The position numbers and the translations under genes were made by a program. 64,000 bases of DNA, taken from an uncultured candidatus Porisulfidus sp. Its GTDB lineage: Bacteria > Pseudomonadota > Gammaproteobacteria > Poriferisulfidales > Poriferisulfidaceae. Shown piece after piece: positions 39,942 to 50,800 of the stretch. The notes beneath the pieces were generated by a model. That model did no database searches. It was not told the origin of the DNA and was given only the letters and a program-made list of their open reading frames with translations. The first letter of the stretch is position 1. The number at the start of each line of letters is the position of its first letter. The stretch is from the NCBI GenBank assembly GCA_965116025.1, contig OZ220480.1:1600001-1664000 (forward strand). Direction: 5' to 3'.

Positions 39942-40243
39942 GCGGAGCTTCCTCTTCGAGGGATGGAGAACTCGGCCTCATAGCGCTAGCGGAGATGTCA
40001 AAAATAGGGTATCCTAAAGCCCACGCCAAGCGCGCGAAATCATGAACGTATCGAAGGACTTCCCCACCCTCTGCACGGCAAGGCGCGGAGTCGCCTCGTC
40101 GTTGGCCGCCTTCCTCCTGCCGCGCTCGCGGCATGATCTTCTACCCTGACGACCCAAATCTGGCGGAACATCGAGACGCCTGACAGAAATCGTTGCCTCC
40201 ATACGCCCCCGAAGCGGGGGAAAGAACATAGGGAATTCCAGAA

Positions 40244-41782
40244 ATGGACAAGTTGATCATTTTCGACACCACGTTGCGGGATGGCGAGCAGAGTCCCGGC
40301 GCGTCCATGACGCGGGACGAGAAGCTGAACATCGCGCGCGCGCTGGAACGCATGCGCGTCGATGTCATTGAGGCGGGGTTTCCGGTCGCGAGTCCGGCCG
40401 AGTTCGAATCCGTGCGACAAATTGGCCAAGAAATCGCCGACAGCGCGGTTTGCGGATTGGCGCGCGCCTTGGACCAAGATATCGACCGGGCGGCCGAAGC
40501 GTTGCGGAAAGCCGCCCGTCCTCGCATCCACACCTTCATCGCGACCTCCCCGATCCATATGGAGCGAAAGCTCCGCATGCGGCCGGAACAGGTCGTGGAG
40601 CATGCCGTGGCCGCGGTGAGGCGGGCGCGTCGATACACCGATGACGTGGAGTTCTCCCCTGAGGACGCCGGGCGCTCGGATCCAGACTTCCTGTGCCGGA
40701 TCGTCGAGGCGGTGATCGACGCGGGAGCGCGGACCATCAATATCCCGGACACGGTGGGATACAGTCTCCCGTTCCAGTTCGGGAATCTGGTGGGCGACTT
40801 GATCGAGCGAGTCTCGAACTCGGATCAGGCCATCTTCTCGGTGCATTGCCACAACGATCTTGGGCTGGCGGTCGCGAATTCCCTGTCCGCGGTGCGCCGA
40901 GGCGCCCGGCAGGTCGAATGCACCATCAATGGCTTGGGCGAGCGGGCCGGGAACGCCGCGCTCGAGGAAATCGTCATGGCCGTGCGCACGCGGCGGGACG
41001 AATTCGATTGCGACAGCGGGATCGACGCGACTCGCATCGTTCCAACATCGCGGCTGGTTTCCAGCGTGACCGGGTTTCCGGTGCAGCCAAACAAGGCGAT
41101 CGTCGGCGCCAACGCGTTCGCGCACGAGTCCGGAATCCATCAGGACGGAGTGCTCAAGTATCGGGAAACCTACGAGATCATGCGCGCCCAGGACGTGGGC
41201 TGGTCCGATAACCGGATTGTGCTGGGCAAGCATTCCGGACGGCGGGCCATCATGGAGCGCGTCCAGAAACTCGGCCTCATGGTCGGAGAGGACGAGATGG
41301 ATTCGTTTTTCGCCCATTTCAAGGAATTGGCGGACCGCAAGCATGAGATATACGATGACGACCTGAGGAGATTGGCGTTGATGGAAGGAGAGAGCGCGGA
41401 TCGAGAAGGCTATCAGCTGGTCGATCTGGAAGTGACTTCGAAGGTCGGCGCGACGCCTGTGGCGCGGGTCGATCTGGCGCGAGACGGCGAGCGCTTCCGA
41501 GGAGAAGCATCTGGAGGAGGGCCGGTGGACGCGTCGTTCAAGGCGATTGAGGACATCGTTCATTCGGAGTCGGAATTGCAACTGTATTCGGTCAATAACA
41601 TCACGACTGGAACCGATGCCCAGGGAGAGGTGACCGTCCGCCTGCGAAAAGACGACCGGGTGGTCAATGGACAGGGAGCCCACACGGATATCGTTATCGC
41701 GTCCGCGCATGCGTACTTGAACGCGCTCGACAAGTTGGTTCGCGCGCCAGGGAGAACGCACCCGCAACTGGATCACATCTAG
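40244..41782 (+). CDS. leuA: 2-isopropylmalate synthase
   Basis: [34 protein letters not shown], regulatory domain GPVDA. Confidence 0.97.
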   Translation: MDKLIIFDTTLRDGEQSPGASMTRDEKLNIARALERMRVDVIEAGFPVASPAEFESVRQIGQEIADSAVCGLARALDQDIDRAAEALRKAARPRIHTFIATSPIHMERKLRMRPEQVVEHAVAAVRRARRYTDDVEFSPEDAGRSDPDFLCRIVEAVIDAGARTINIPDTVGYSLPFQFGNLVGDLIERVSNSDQAIFSVHCHNDLGLAVANSLSAVRRGARQVECTINGLGERAGNAALEEIVMAVRTRRDEFDCDSGIDATRIVPTSRLVSSVTGFPVQPNKAIVGANAFAHESGIHQDGVLKYRETYEIMRAQDVGWSDNRIVLGKHSGRRAIMERVQKLGLMVGEDEMDSFFAHFKELADRKHEIYDDDLRRLALMEGESADREGYQLVDLEVTSKVGATPVARVDLARDGERFRGEASGGGPVDASFKAIEDIVHSESELQLYSVNNITTGTDAQGEVTVRLRKDDRVVNGQGAHTDIVIASAHAYLNALDKLVRAPGRTHPQLDHI

Positions 41783-41793
41783 CGCGCGGACCG

Positions 41794-42570
41794 ATGTCCA
41801 GAAACGCCGCCTCGCCCAACGACGAATGCCTGGAGGGGTTGGGCCTGCGGCGATGGCGCCATCGGAATTCGGGCGAGACGGACGAGAATCCGGACGATCT
41901 GGAAGACGAGAATGATCGGGATGGCGAGAAAGCGGAAGAAATGGAGAAGGAGAAGCCCCCCACGACGACCCTGACGCTGGATCCCGAGAGTCGGCATTTG
42001 CATCAATGGCGCGTGGCGCGCAAGGACGTCTCGGAGTGCGTGCTCTGCGAACTGCACCGAACTCGCAAGAACACGGTTTTCGGCGTGGGCGTGGAGGACG
42101 CGGACGTCATGATGATCGGGGAGGCTCCGGGCGCGGACGAGGATGCCCAGGGAGAGCCTTTCGTTGGGCGCGCTGGCAAGCTTTTGGATAGCATGCTGGC
42201 GGCGATCGGGATGAGTCGGGAGCGAGTCTTCATCGCGAACATCCTGAAATGCCGGCCTCCCTACAACGAGAATCCCACGCCGGAGCAGGCGGCGAAGTGT
42301 CGTCCGCACCTGGATCGTCAGATCGATCTCGTCCAGCCTCGTATCATTCTGGCGCTTGGCTCGGTCGCGGCCCGCAACCTATTGGATGTGGAGACTCCGA
42401 TCGGGAAGCTGCGTGGGACCGTTCACGAAATGCCCGGGTCGAAAATCCCCGTCATTCCGACGTACCATCCGGCGTATCTATTGCGCCGTCCCCAAGGAAA
42501 AGCCCAGGCGTTCGAGGATTTGATGTTGCTATGCGACTCGCTCAAGAGCTTGGGCGTCTCGAGCGACTGA
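41794..42570 (+). CDS. Uracil-DNA glycosylase, family 4 (Fe-S)
   Basis: C..C.L...R...[34 protein letters not shown]. Confidence 0.95.
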   Translation: MSRNAASPNDECLEGLGLRRWRHRNSGETDENPDDLEDENDRDGEKAEEMEKEKPPTTTLTLDPESRHLHQWRVARKDVSECVLCELHRTRKNTVFGVGVEDADVMMIGEAPGADEDAQGEPFVGRAGKLLDSMLAAIGMSRERVFIANILKCRPPYNENPTPEQAAKCRPHLDRQIDLVQPRIILALGSVAARNLLDVETPIGKLRGTVHEMPGSKIPVIPTYHPAYLLRRPQGKAQAFEDLMLLCDSLKSLGVSSD

Positions 42571-42629
42571 GTTCCCGATTTCTTGGCGGGAGACCGTAGC
42601 TGGCGAGGATTGACGGCGGGGCGCGAGTA

Positions 42630-45422
42630 TCAGACCATATCTTTGCGGCAAATTCCTTGAGCGGAACAGAGGCCGCAAACCGCCTCGCTTCCATTGGCAG
42701 GCATTCCGCGCTTATTTCTCAGATCCCGAAACGTTTCGCGCAGCCTGGAGTCAACCTTTTCACTGAGATACGAGAGTTCTTCGCCTTCTAGAGACGTCAA
42801 TGGAATCCCGTTCCGGGAATCTTGGCCCACCCACCAGTATTCCACTCGCTCGACGGGATTCGCCACCAACGCGTAGCTGGGCAGCTGAACTTGCTCCCCG
42901 GTTCGCACGTCGTTTATGAGTACCTTTTTGGACCCGGTTTTGTAGTCGATCACGATCCGGCCTCCACGCGCGTCTTGGTCTAAGCGGTCCACGCGTCCAA
43001 CTATGGTCAGGTTCTCGCTGACCTTGCGTTCAAGCGTTCGCTCGCTCTCTACAGGAGTTTGCTGACGCTCCACGGTTTTCTGAAGCTGAACATAGCGTCG
43101 AGCGATCGCTCTCCATCGCTCCATAAACACGATGTTGGACGCGTTCGGCGCGAGCTTTGCCATAACGTGGTCGCCAATGTTCAGAAGCGTTTCGAGCGCG
43201 TCGTCCTCACGCCCTTCGATTTGGTCCTTCCAAGGTCCGGGAACGCCAGGAACGCCGGCGTGGAAGGCCTCGAGACATCGGTGCACGTATTCCCCGAACT
43301 CCAGATTGTCCATTTCCTCCCGGATCATCTCCATCTCCCGGATGCCGAGCATGTAGCGAACGTAGAACTTATAGGGGCAATCGATCAGCGCTTGGTGTCC
43401 GCTGGCCGAAATTCGATCCGGCAACAACTCCGGAAGGGCGGCAGGGCTGGGCGGGAAGCTCTCGTAAGGCTGGCGAATCCGAGGGCCAGGAGGCCGCACT
43501 TGGGCATCCGGATGCAGGCTGAGCGCGGACAGAGAGGGCTCCTTGAGGGAAGTTCCGTAAATCAGGCGATGAAACACGTTAATTTGGGTCCACCAGACGC
43601 TGGGCAGGAGCGGCTCGTCCCGGTCTATTTTCTGGTAGGTCAGGAGAACCTGATCAGAGGACACGATCAGGGACAGAAACCTCTGCAGGTCAAGTTTGCG
43701 CGAATCGGCGCTGGTCGGCAGTCCTAAGTCGCCGCGCACCGAGTCGTTGAACACGAGAGAATGAAAATTGATCCCCGGATAGTGCCGAGAATCCATTCCC
43801 GCGACGATTAGTCGATCAAACCGAGCTAGGTGAGCCTGATTCAGGTTGATTAGGGAAACCGCGCTTCGGGGAGCTTTCCCCCGGTAGTTCTCTCGCTCCC
43901 ATGCTCGACGCAGCAAGGAGCGCCATTGCGATTTCTGCAGGCGAGCGTCATTTTGTTCCAACTGGAGGCGTAGGCTCTCCAGTTCCGACAGCGCTTTTTT
44001 TCCCGCTTCATCTCGGGACAGGCAGGACAGACAGCCTAGTAATTCGAGACTTTCCAGCAATGCCTCCATATATTCGCTTCCACTCGGGATATCCGAAAGC
44101 TCCAGCAGGGGAGCCGCGGCTTTTTCCGCATGATCTAGAAAACTGATCCATTCCGAATTTCCGCTAGCGACTTCCCGATAGTTGCGCAAGCCGCTGTGGA
44201 TGTTGTGGAAATGCAACGCTCGCTCGAATTCTCCGACCTGATCCAGGATCTCCGGATGCCCGGGCAGGCGCGTGAACGGAGATTTCAGCACGTCGAGAAA
44301 CGGCAGATAATGAAATTCTTGATCCAAGCACTCGATCCAGCGCTCGATCGCGCTGGCGGCGCTGGTGGTGGACAAGGCCCAGCCCGCATGGTCTTGGACC
44401 GAGACGGAAGCTCGGTTCAGCAAGGCGCAGACCCGGCGCGCTAATTTTCGGTCTTCAGTGACCAATCCAATGTTCCGATACCCCTGATTCAGCCAACGCC
44501 GGATCTGGATATCGATTCCCCGGGCATGGGGCTCCGCCTGGTCCGCGACGAAGCTGAAAATTCGGCCCGTCAAGGGATCCTCGGGGAACTCCTCTCGACA
44601 AGCCCGCGCGCGCTCCGCCACGTCTGCCCGGTCGAGCGCGAAGGCTTCCTGCAGGACGGAAGCGTGTGGAGGCGGGGGAGTGTCAACGTGGGAAGATTCC
44701 GAGTCCAGAGGAATCGCGGCTTGCGGTCGAGCCAGAACGTGGACCGGGACGCTTTCGCTCATACGTCGCAACGCCTCGATTTCGGCCAGAGCGAGGCGAT
44801 CATATCCGCATGCGTAGATGGCTTTCACGTTCGGGGGGACGCGAAGGTTCCGCAACGCCTCGCGGTAGTATTTTCCGGAGCTGAGGATTTTGCGCGAACT
44901 CTCGTTCCAAGCAGTCCAAAGCAGATGCACGATATGGGCCTCTTCGCCCAGCTGTTCGGGAGTCTTTCCCGCGATGCGGTACGCTTCTCGCAGTTGGGAA
45001 GTTAGTTCTTCCTTGTCCGTCGGTAGCGATGCCTCGTTAAGCCAGAGTTGATCGAACAGTTCCATCATCTCTTCCGCCACGGACCAAGAATCCGTCTGGA
45101 TCAAGGTGCGTAGGGTTTGGTTTTGATGAAGGACGTCAACTAGATCCAGAAGTTCGGACAGATGATTCTCGATTCCGTCGAACTGGCTGTTTTGGCATGC
45201 CCATGCTTTAAAGGGGAGAATGGGGGGGAGCAGCAATCCTTGATGCCCCTGTCGCTTGGCGTGTCGCAATAACTCCGAACGCAAGACCCGCACCGACGTG
45301 GCGTTCGGGGTCAAGACCACTAGGTCGGTCAGGTCCGGGAGGCCCTCCGCGTGACGTTCTAGGATGGTTTCGGCGCAATGGCTGCCGAGTGGAACGTGCG
45401 AGGGGCAGGAGACTCGTTTCAT
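42630..45422 (-). CDS. AddB-like PD-(D/E)xK nuclease family protein
   Basis: Inactive helicase-like N-terminus (DRKLARRV...V.D.AGW.LSTT); SAS......CPY; GRVDRLD; IDYKTG; C-terminal C..C.....C Fe-S staple. Confidence 0.88.
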   Translation of the reverse strand: MKRVSCPSHVPLGSHCAETILERHAEGLPDLTDLVVLTPNATSVRVLRSELLRHAKRQGHQGLLLPPILPFKAWACQNSQFDGIENHLSELLDLVDVLHQNQTLRTLIQTDSWSVAEEMMELFDQLWLNEASLPTDKEELTSQLREAYRIAGKTPEQLGEEAHIVHLLWTAWNESSRKILSSGKYYREALRNLRVPPNVKAIYACGYDRLALAEIEALRRMSESVPVHVLARPQAAIPLDSESSHVDTPPPPHASVLQEAFALDRADVAERARACREEFPEDPLTGRIFSFVADQAEPHARGIDIQIRRWLNQGYRNIGLVTEDRKLARRVCALLNRASVSVQDHAGWALSTTSAASAIERWIECLDQEFHYLPFLDVLKSPFTRLPGHPEILDQVGEFERALHFHNIHSGLRNYREVASGNSEWISFLDHAEKAAAPLLELSDIPSGSEYMEALLESLELLGCLSCLSRDEAGKKALSELESLRLQLEQNDARLQKSQWRSLLRRAWERENYRGKAPRSAVSLINLNQAHLARFDRLIVAGMDSRHYPGINFHSLVFNDSVRGDLGLPTSADSRKLDLQRFLSLIVSSDQVLLTYQKIDRDEPLLPSVWWTQINVFHRLIYGTSLKEPSLSALSLHPDAQVRPPGPRIRQPYESFPPSPAALPELLPDRISASGHQALIDCPYKFYVRYMLGIREMEMIREEMDNLEFGEYVHRCLEAFHAGVPGVPGPWKDQIEGREDDALETLLNIGDHVMAKLAPNASNIVFMERWRAIARRYVQLQKTVERQQTPVESERTLERKVSENLTIVGRVDRLDQDARGGRIVIDYKTGSKKVLINDVRTGEQVQLPSYALVANPVERVEYWWVGQDSRNGIPLTSLEGEELSYLSEKVDSRLRETFRDLRNKRGMPANGSEAVCGLCSAQGICRKDMV

Positions 45423-45746
45423 TCAGGTTTCGAGCAACGCTTTCTTTCCAGGCTTGCCGCGCCACTCGTCCGCATCGGGCGGGGGAGATTTCTGACGGCT
45501 GATCTCCGGCCATTCGCCCGCCAAGTCGGCGTTAATCTGGATGAACTCTCGCTGCTCTTCGGGAACGTCCTTTTCCGGCACGATGGCGTTGATCGGACAC
45601 TCTGGAACGCACAAGGCGCAGTCAATGCATTCTTCTGGATCGATCACCAAGATGTTCGGGCCTTCATGGAAGCACTCGACCGGGCAGACTTCCACGCAGT
45701 CGGTGTATTTGCACTTGATGCAGTCTTCCAGGACGACGAAAGTCAT
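45423..45746 (-). CDS. fdxA: 7Fe ferredoxin (FdxA/ferredoxin I family)
   Basis: MTFVV...[19 protein letters not shown]....[14 protein letters not shown]. Confidence 0.96.
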   Translation of the reverse strand: MTFVVLEDCIKCKYTDCVEVCPVECFHEGPNILVIDPEECIDCALCVPECPINAIVPEKDVPEEQREFIQINADLAGEWPEISRQKSPPPDADEWRGKPGKKALLET

Positions 45747-45810
45747 GAGCGGATGTGGTTCTATATCTGCGAGCGACACATTTGCTAGCGCGTCTCGCCT
45801 TTCCTGTGGC

Positions 45811-46168
45811 TGGTGGAGGTGGCGGGAATCGAACCCGCGTCCGCCAGTTCCTCCTCTTCGGCCCTACATGCTTAGCACCGTCTTTCATCTCGCGATCAAC
45901 ACCCGACGGACAGGGCACGATGAACGCCAGCCTGCATGCTTGATTTAACCTTCCGGCTCCAGACAGACCGAATGGCGATCTTGTGTGATCGACATCCATA
46001 TCGGGATCCACAAGCATCTCCCGAAAGGATGACTAGTCGCGATTAAGCGGCCAGTGCGTAGTTGTCGTCGTTGGCAACTATATTTTTCGCAACCATTTTT
46101 TACGAGATCGTTGCCGCCTCGGCATGCGCCTCGGATTTGGTAACCGCCGTCGAAGCCAAGTCACCCCC
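45811..46168 (-). ncRNA. ssrA: tmRNA
   Basis: 5' GGGGGTGA..GGCTTCGAC; 3' GGTTCGATTCCCGCCACCTCCACCA with G3.U alanine acceptor stem; tag frame (A)ANDDNYALAA* at 46075-46043. Confidence 0.97.
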
Positions 46169-46291
46169 AAGTCGTTCCCGCCTATTATACGCGATAGTGG
46201 AAAAGTCCCGATCTTCCCAAATGCCCGGATTTCTGGGATTCATGCTCCTCCGCGCTCAAGCGGTCAATCGTGCGCTGACGGAACGACTCCA

Positions 46292-46426
46292 TCATTCCAA
46301 GACAAATCGGTCGCGTTCTTGTTGTAGTCGTCGATCCACCAACCAAAACGCTAGACAAAAATTGAATTCGTAACGGGTGCTTCGCGCATGGATGAAAACA
46401 CTGACATCATGAAGACTGCGAGTCAC
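46292..46426 (-). pseudogene. Decayed N-terminus of a DUF4411 (PIN-like) protein
   Basis: GTGA overlap with the upstream stop; TRSLHDVSVFIHARSTRYEFNFCLAFW resembles the DUF4411 start YLLD.NVFI.A....Y..DFCP.FW, then degenerates. Confidence 0.6.
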
Positions 46427-47601
46427 CAGATCGCCCCAGTCTCGTGGCCAAGCTTGTTAAACGTCTCGGCCCTCGATATGCCGAGCATCCGGTACGCATC
46501 TCTATAGAGCGTTCTCCCTTCCAGCGTATCCACAATAATTGCTTGCGCGAAGCGATACCCTACGCGGGAGAGCGTCGCGCGATAAAAGTTCTCACCGGCT
46601 CCGCCTTTCCGTGCGAGTGGGTCTAGCCTCGCCTTCTCTCTCTCCCATTCGGAATCGAATCTCTCGCGGTCGAACCACTCCGCGTCAAGCAAGCGCCGAA
46701 GAATCACCAGAGAACTTACTTTGAAAACGTGCGTTAGGCGGTCCAAGGTTTGGCGTAGAGTTTCGGTATTCAGCAGTTCGCGTCGCAATACGGCGAGCGG
46801 GACCAGCAACTCGGCCGCTACGGCGCTGCACCAAACTTCTTCGCGTTGGGTTCCCGCCCGCGGCGCAATCTCTCCATGCGAGAGCGCGGACCTGCCAAGC
46901 CAGAGATGCGCGAGCTCGTGGGCCAAGGTGAACATTAGCACTGCCTTGGTGTCCGCTCCGTTGATGAAAATCAAGGGAGCGATAGGGTCGCAGAGCGTGA
47001 AACCTTGGAATTCTTCAGGGTCAAGGCGTCGGTGGGTGTTGCTCGCCACGATCCCATTCACCATGACGAGGATTCCCGCGGCTTCAGTTTGACGAATAAA
47101 AAGACGTAGAGCATCGGTCCATGTTGGACACTCTCTACGGGTGCTTAAGCCAAAGCCCAACGTTTCGCGCATTCGCGCCGCGACGGATTCTGGAGACGTA
47201 TTGATGGTGGTGCTACCGATGAATTCGATCTTCGTTCGTCGCTCGACACGAGCGAAATCACGATACCAGCTCTGCCGCTCTTGGCAGGCATAAATCGTAT
47301 CCAGAAGGTTTGGGCTTGGTCGTCCTTCGCGTCGCCCGGCAGTAGCGCGAAAGTCTGGGATGGGCACCGATTCCTCTGGCGGTTTGATCAGAAACAGATA
47401 ACCGACTGGCGCGTGAACGAAGCGTGCGAACGCCTCCACTTGTCTCAACGTGGGTTTCTTTTCACCAGTCTCCCAATCCGGTAGATTCTTGAATCGTGAA
47501 GCGATATCTTCTTGCGTATATCCAGCGCGTTCTCGGGCCCAGCGAATCAACGCGGGCTTGATGATCTCGCATCTCATTTCACGCGCGCTTTCCAAGCTCA
47601 T
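46423..47601 (-). CDS. XRE-HTH + ImmA/IrrE (DUF955) metallopeptidase
   Basis: WARERAG HTH, PDFR, F.GF.L.D..AP.IFIN..D, FTLAHELAHLW (HExxH), E.WC..VAAELL. Confidence 0.9.
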   Translation of the reverse strand: MSLESAREMRCEIIKPALIRWARERAGYTQEDIASRFKNLPDWETGEKKPTLRQVEAFARFVHAPVGYLFLIKPPEESVPIPDFRATAGRREGRPSPNLLDTIYACQERQSWYRDFARVERRTKIEFIGSTTINTSPESVAARMRETLGFGLSTRRECPTWTDALRLFIRQTEAAGILVMVNGIVASNTHRRLDPEEFQGFTLCDPIAPLIFINGADTKAVLMFTLAHELAHLWLGRSALSHGEIAPRAGTQREEVWCSAVAAELLVPLAVLRRELLNTETLRQTLDRLTHVFKVSSLVILRRLLDAEWFDRERFDSEWEREKARLDPLARKGGAGENFYRATLSRVGYRFAQAIIVDTLEGRTLYRDAYRMLGISRAETFNKLGHETGAIW

Positions 47602-47866
47602 TGGAAGGGAAAATTTTGATTATGGCGTTCGCCTATTATCGCGGCATGATCTTCGTGCAGGATACCATAGCCCGATGGTCAGAAAGCGCGCTTGAGTGAT
47701 TTTCGGATCACTAAATCTGAGCTAGACCATGATCCCGGTACAATGATCGACCAATCTTCTTCGCCATCATCACGCCAAACGGCCATCTTCAGACTCATTC
47801 CGTTACCTGGAATAGACCTTACCAGTTTCTACTTCCTGTCAGCACGATCTTTCTGCCAGTATATCC

Positions 47867-50800
47867 GTGCCTATTCGTTCTCATTCTGGCGGCCAGGCCC
47901 TGACCGCTCATTCTCTCCGTAAACTCAATGCGCGGCTCCAAGCCCATGGCGGAGGGCAGGTGATGGGGGCGCGTTTTCTGCATTTCGCGGACTGCGAGCG
48001 CGTCCTGAGTCCTAAGGAAGAGAAAACCTTCACGAAGTTGCTGGATTACGCTCCTCCCGTGGAGGATTATCCGGGTTCTAGTTCGCTCATCCTTGTGGTC
48101 CCCCGGCTCGGCACGATATCCCCGTGGTCCAGCAAGGCCACCGAAATTATCCAGAATTGCGGACTTTCCGCTATCCGGCGGGTGGAAAGGGGAATCGAGT
48201 ATCGCTTGGATAGCGTTGATCGCGTCTCGCGGGAGCAAGTCGACTTGTTGCATGACCGGATGACTGAATCCATCTTGGCCGACCTGAATCGCATCGACAA
48301 AATCTTCGCGCGTTCGGAGCCAGCCCAGCTCGAGCGGATTTCTCTGAACCCGAATCCTGTCGAGGCCCTGCGCGAGGCGAACCGGACGTATGGCTTGGCC
48401 CTTTCCGATGCCGATATGGAGCACTTGATCCAGGCATATCGAGATCTTGGCCGTGATCCGACGGATGCCGAATTAATGATGTTCGCCCAAGTTAACTCGG
48501 AGCATTGCCGGCACAAGATTTTCAACGCGCGCTGGAGAATTGACGGAAAACCCATGAAACGTAGCCTGTTCGAGATGATCCAGAACACCCACGAGACATC
48601 TCCGAACGGAACTCTGTCCGCCTATCTCGACAACGCCGCGGTGTTGGAGGGAGGCCGCGCTCGGCGAATGTCGATCGATCCGAAAACTGGTTTATGGAGG
48701 GATATGGAGGGGGAATACGGGATCGTGATCAAGGTGGAGACCCATAACCATCCGACGGGCATCTCCCCGTTTCCCGGAGCGGCGACCGGGAGCGGTGGGG
48801 AAATCCGCGACGAAACCGCCTGTGGGCGAGGAGGGCGGCCGAAGGCTGGCCTGTGCGGATTCACCGTGTCGAATCTCGACATCGATTCATGGATACGACC
48901 TTGGGAGAACCCTTCTCGGGACCGCCCGTCTCGCATGGCGACTCCACTGGATATCATGATTGAGGGGCCGGTCGGCGCGGCCTCTTTCAACAATGAGTTC
49001 GGCCGTCCGTGCCTAGCCGGATATTTTCGCACCCTGGAGGGTGAGGAGCGCACGCCTTCCGGCATTCGGGGATTCGGCTATCACAAGCCGATCATGATCG
49101 CGGGAGGAATTGGCAGCATTCACCTGGATCATGTTCAAAAACAAGGAATTCCAGAGGGAACCCCGCTTGTGGTGCTGGGAGGGCCAGCCATGCTGATTGG
49201 TTTGGGAGGTGGAGCCGCGTCGTCGCGGCATACGGGAGCGGGAGACGAGCGTTTGGACTACGCCTCGGTGCAGCGTAGCAATCCGGAGATGCAGCGGCGC
49301 GCTCAGGAAGTTATCGAGCGTTGCGTCGCGCGGGACAAGGACAATCCGATTTTGTCAGTGCACGACGTTGGGGCGGGCGGGCTTTCCAATGCCATTCCGG
49401 AGTTGATTCAGGGAGAGCCGGGGGGTGCGGAACTGGACCTCCGCGAAATTCCTTGCGCGGACGATGGGATGTCGCCGCGAGAGATCTGGTGCAACGAATC
49501 GCAGGAACGCTATGTGCTGGCGATTCGAGGCGAGGATCTCGATTGGTTCACCGAGATATGCCAGAAGGAGCGATGTCCGTTCGCGGTCATTGGGAAGTCG
49601 ACAGCGAGCGGAAGACTGCGCTTGGACGATTCGCGTTTTGGAGAGGCTGCCGCTGACGTGCCGCTGGTGTTGCTGTTCGGCGAGTCTTCCAAGATGGACA
49701 TCGCCGTCTCGTCAGTGGAGTGGTCGGATGCGCCGCTCGATATGAGCGGAATCGATCTTCTCGAAGCGGCTGAGCGAGTTTTGACGCTGCCTTGCGTAGC
49801 CTCGAAATCCTTTCTGGTCACGATTGGGGACCGCTCGGTCGGCGGTCTTACGGCTCGTGATCAGATGGTTGGACCATGGCAGGTTCCGGTCGCGGATGCG
49901 GCGGTGACGACCCGAGATTTCGAGGGAACGGCGGGCGAGGCCATGGCGATGGGAGAACGGCCGGCTTTGGCGATCCACCGTCCCGCGGCATCCGCGCGCA
50001 TGGCGGTCGCGGAAGCCTTGACCAATTTGGCGAGCGTGAGGGTGCGCGATCGTGCGCGAATTCGTTTGTCCGCCAATTGGATGGCCGCTAGCTCTGAGCC
50101 AGAATCCTTGTTTGGCCTCCACGAGGCGGTAAAGGCGGTCGGGTTGGAATTTTGTCCGAAACTCGGCGTGGCGATACCCGTAGGAAAGGATTCGTTATCC
50201 ATGCAGGCGGCTTGGGGGGCTCGGCGGGTCACCTCGCCTGTGTCTTTGATCGCCTCGGCGTTCGCGCCGGTTGAGGACGTGCGGCGCCATGTCACGCCGC
50301 TATTGCGGGACGATCCCGAAACGAGCCTGCTTCTAGCGAGTCTGGACGCTAATCGGCGTTTGGGCGGATCGGCGTTAGCGCAAGTTTATGGGAGGACCGG
50401 GTCTGACGCTCCGGATGTGGAGGATCCCGCCCGCTTGGCGGCTTTTTTCGATTTGATCCAGGCTTTGCTGGACGAGGAGGATATTCTGGCGTATCACGAC
50501 CGTTCCGACGGAGGGCTGTTCGCTTGCCTGTGCGAAAGCGCTTTCGCGGGCCAGGTGGGATTGGATATCGATCTTTCCGTCTTGGAAGAGGATCTTTTGT
50601 CGTATCTGTTCAATGAGGAGATTGGAGCCGTGTTGCAAGTTCGGGCTGGGCGGGTGGACGAAATCACCCATCGATTCAGGAAGGCCGGCCTGCATTGCGA
50701 ATTGATCGGAGGCGTCCTTCAGAAGTCGTTGTTCCAGCTTCGTCGACGGGGAAAGATGAAAGCGATCTGGTCTTTGCCCGAAATGCGGAAGTTATGGAGT

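Noticed and set aside
40042-40225. Leucine attenuator leader upstream of leuA (MNVSK...FLLPRSRHDLLP, then a CCCCCG/CGGGGG hairpin)
   Set aside because: No run of consecutive Leu codons beyond pairs and the hairpin lacks a U-tract; support is insufficient.
37968-41776. Long antisense ORFs (37968-39434, 40040-41776 and many similar ones)
   Set aside because: Shadow frames of well-supported genes in high-GC DNA, with no motifs.
45780-45830. Prophage or island integrated at the tmRNA 3' end
   Set aside because: fdxA follows within about 65 bp; no integrase and no duplicated ssrA 3' end were noticed.
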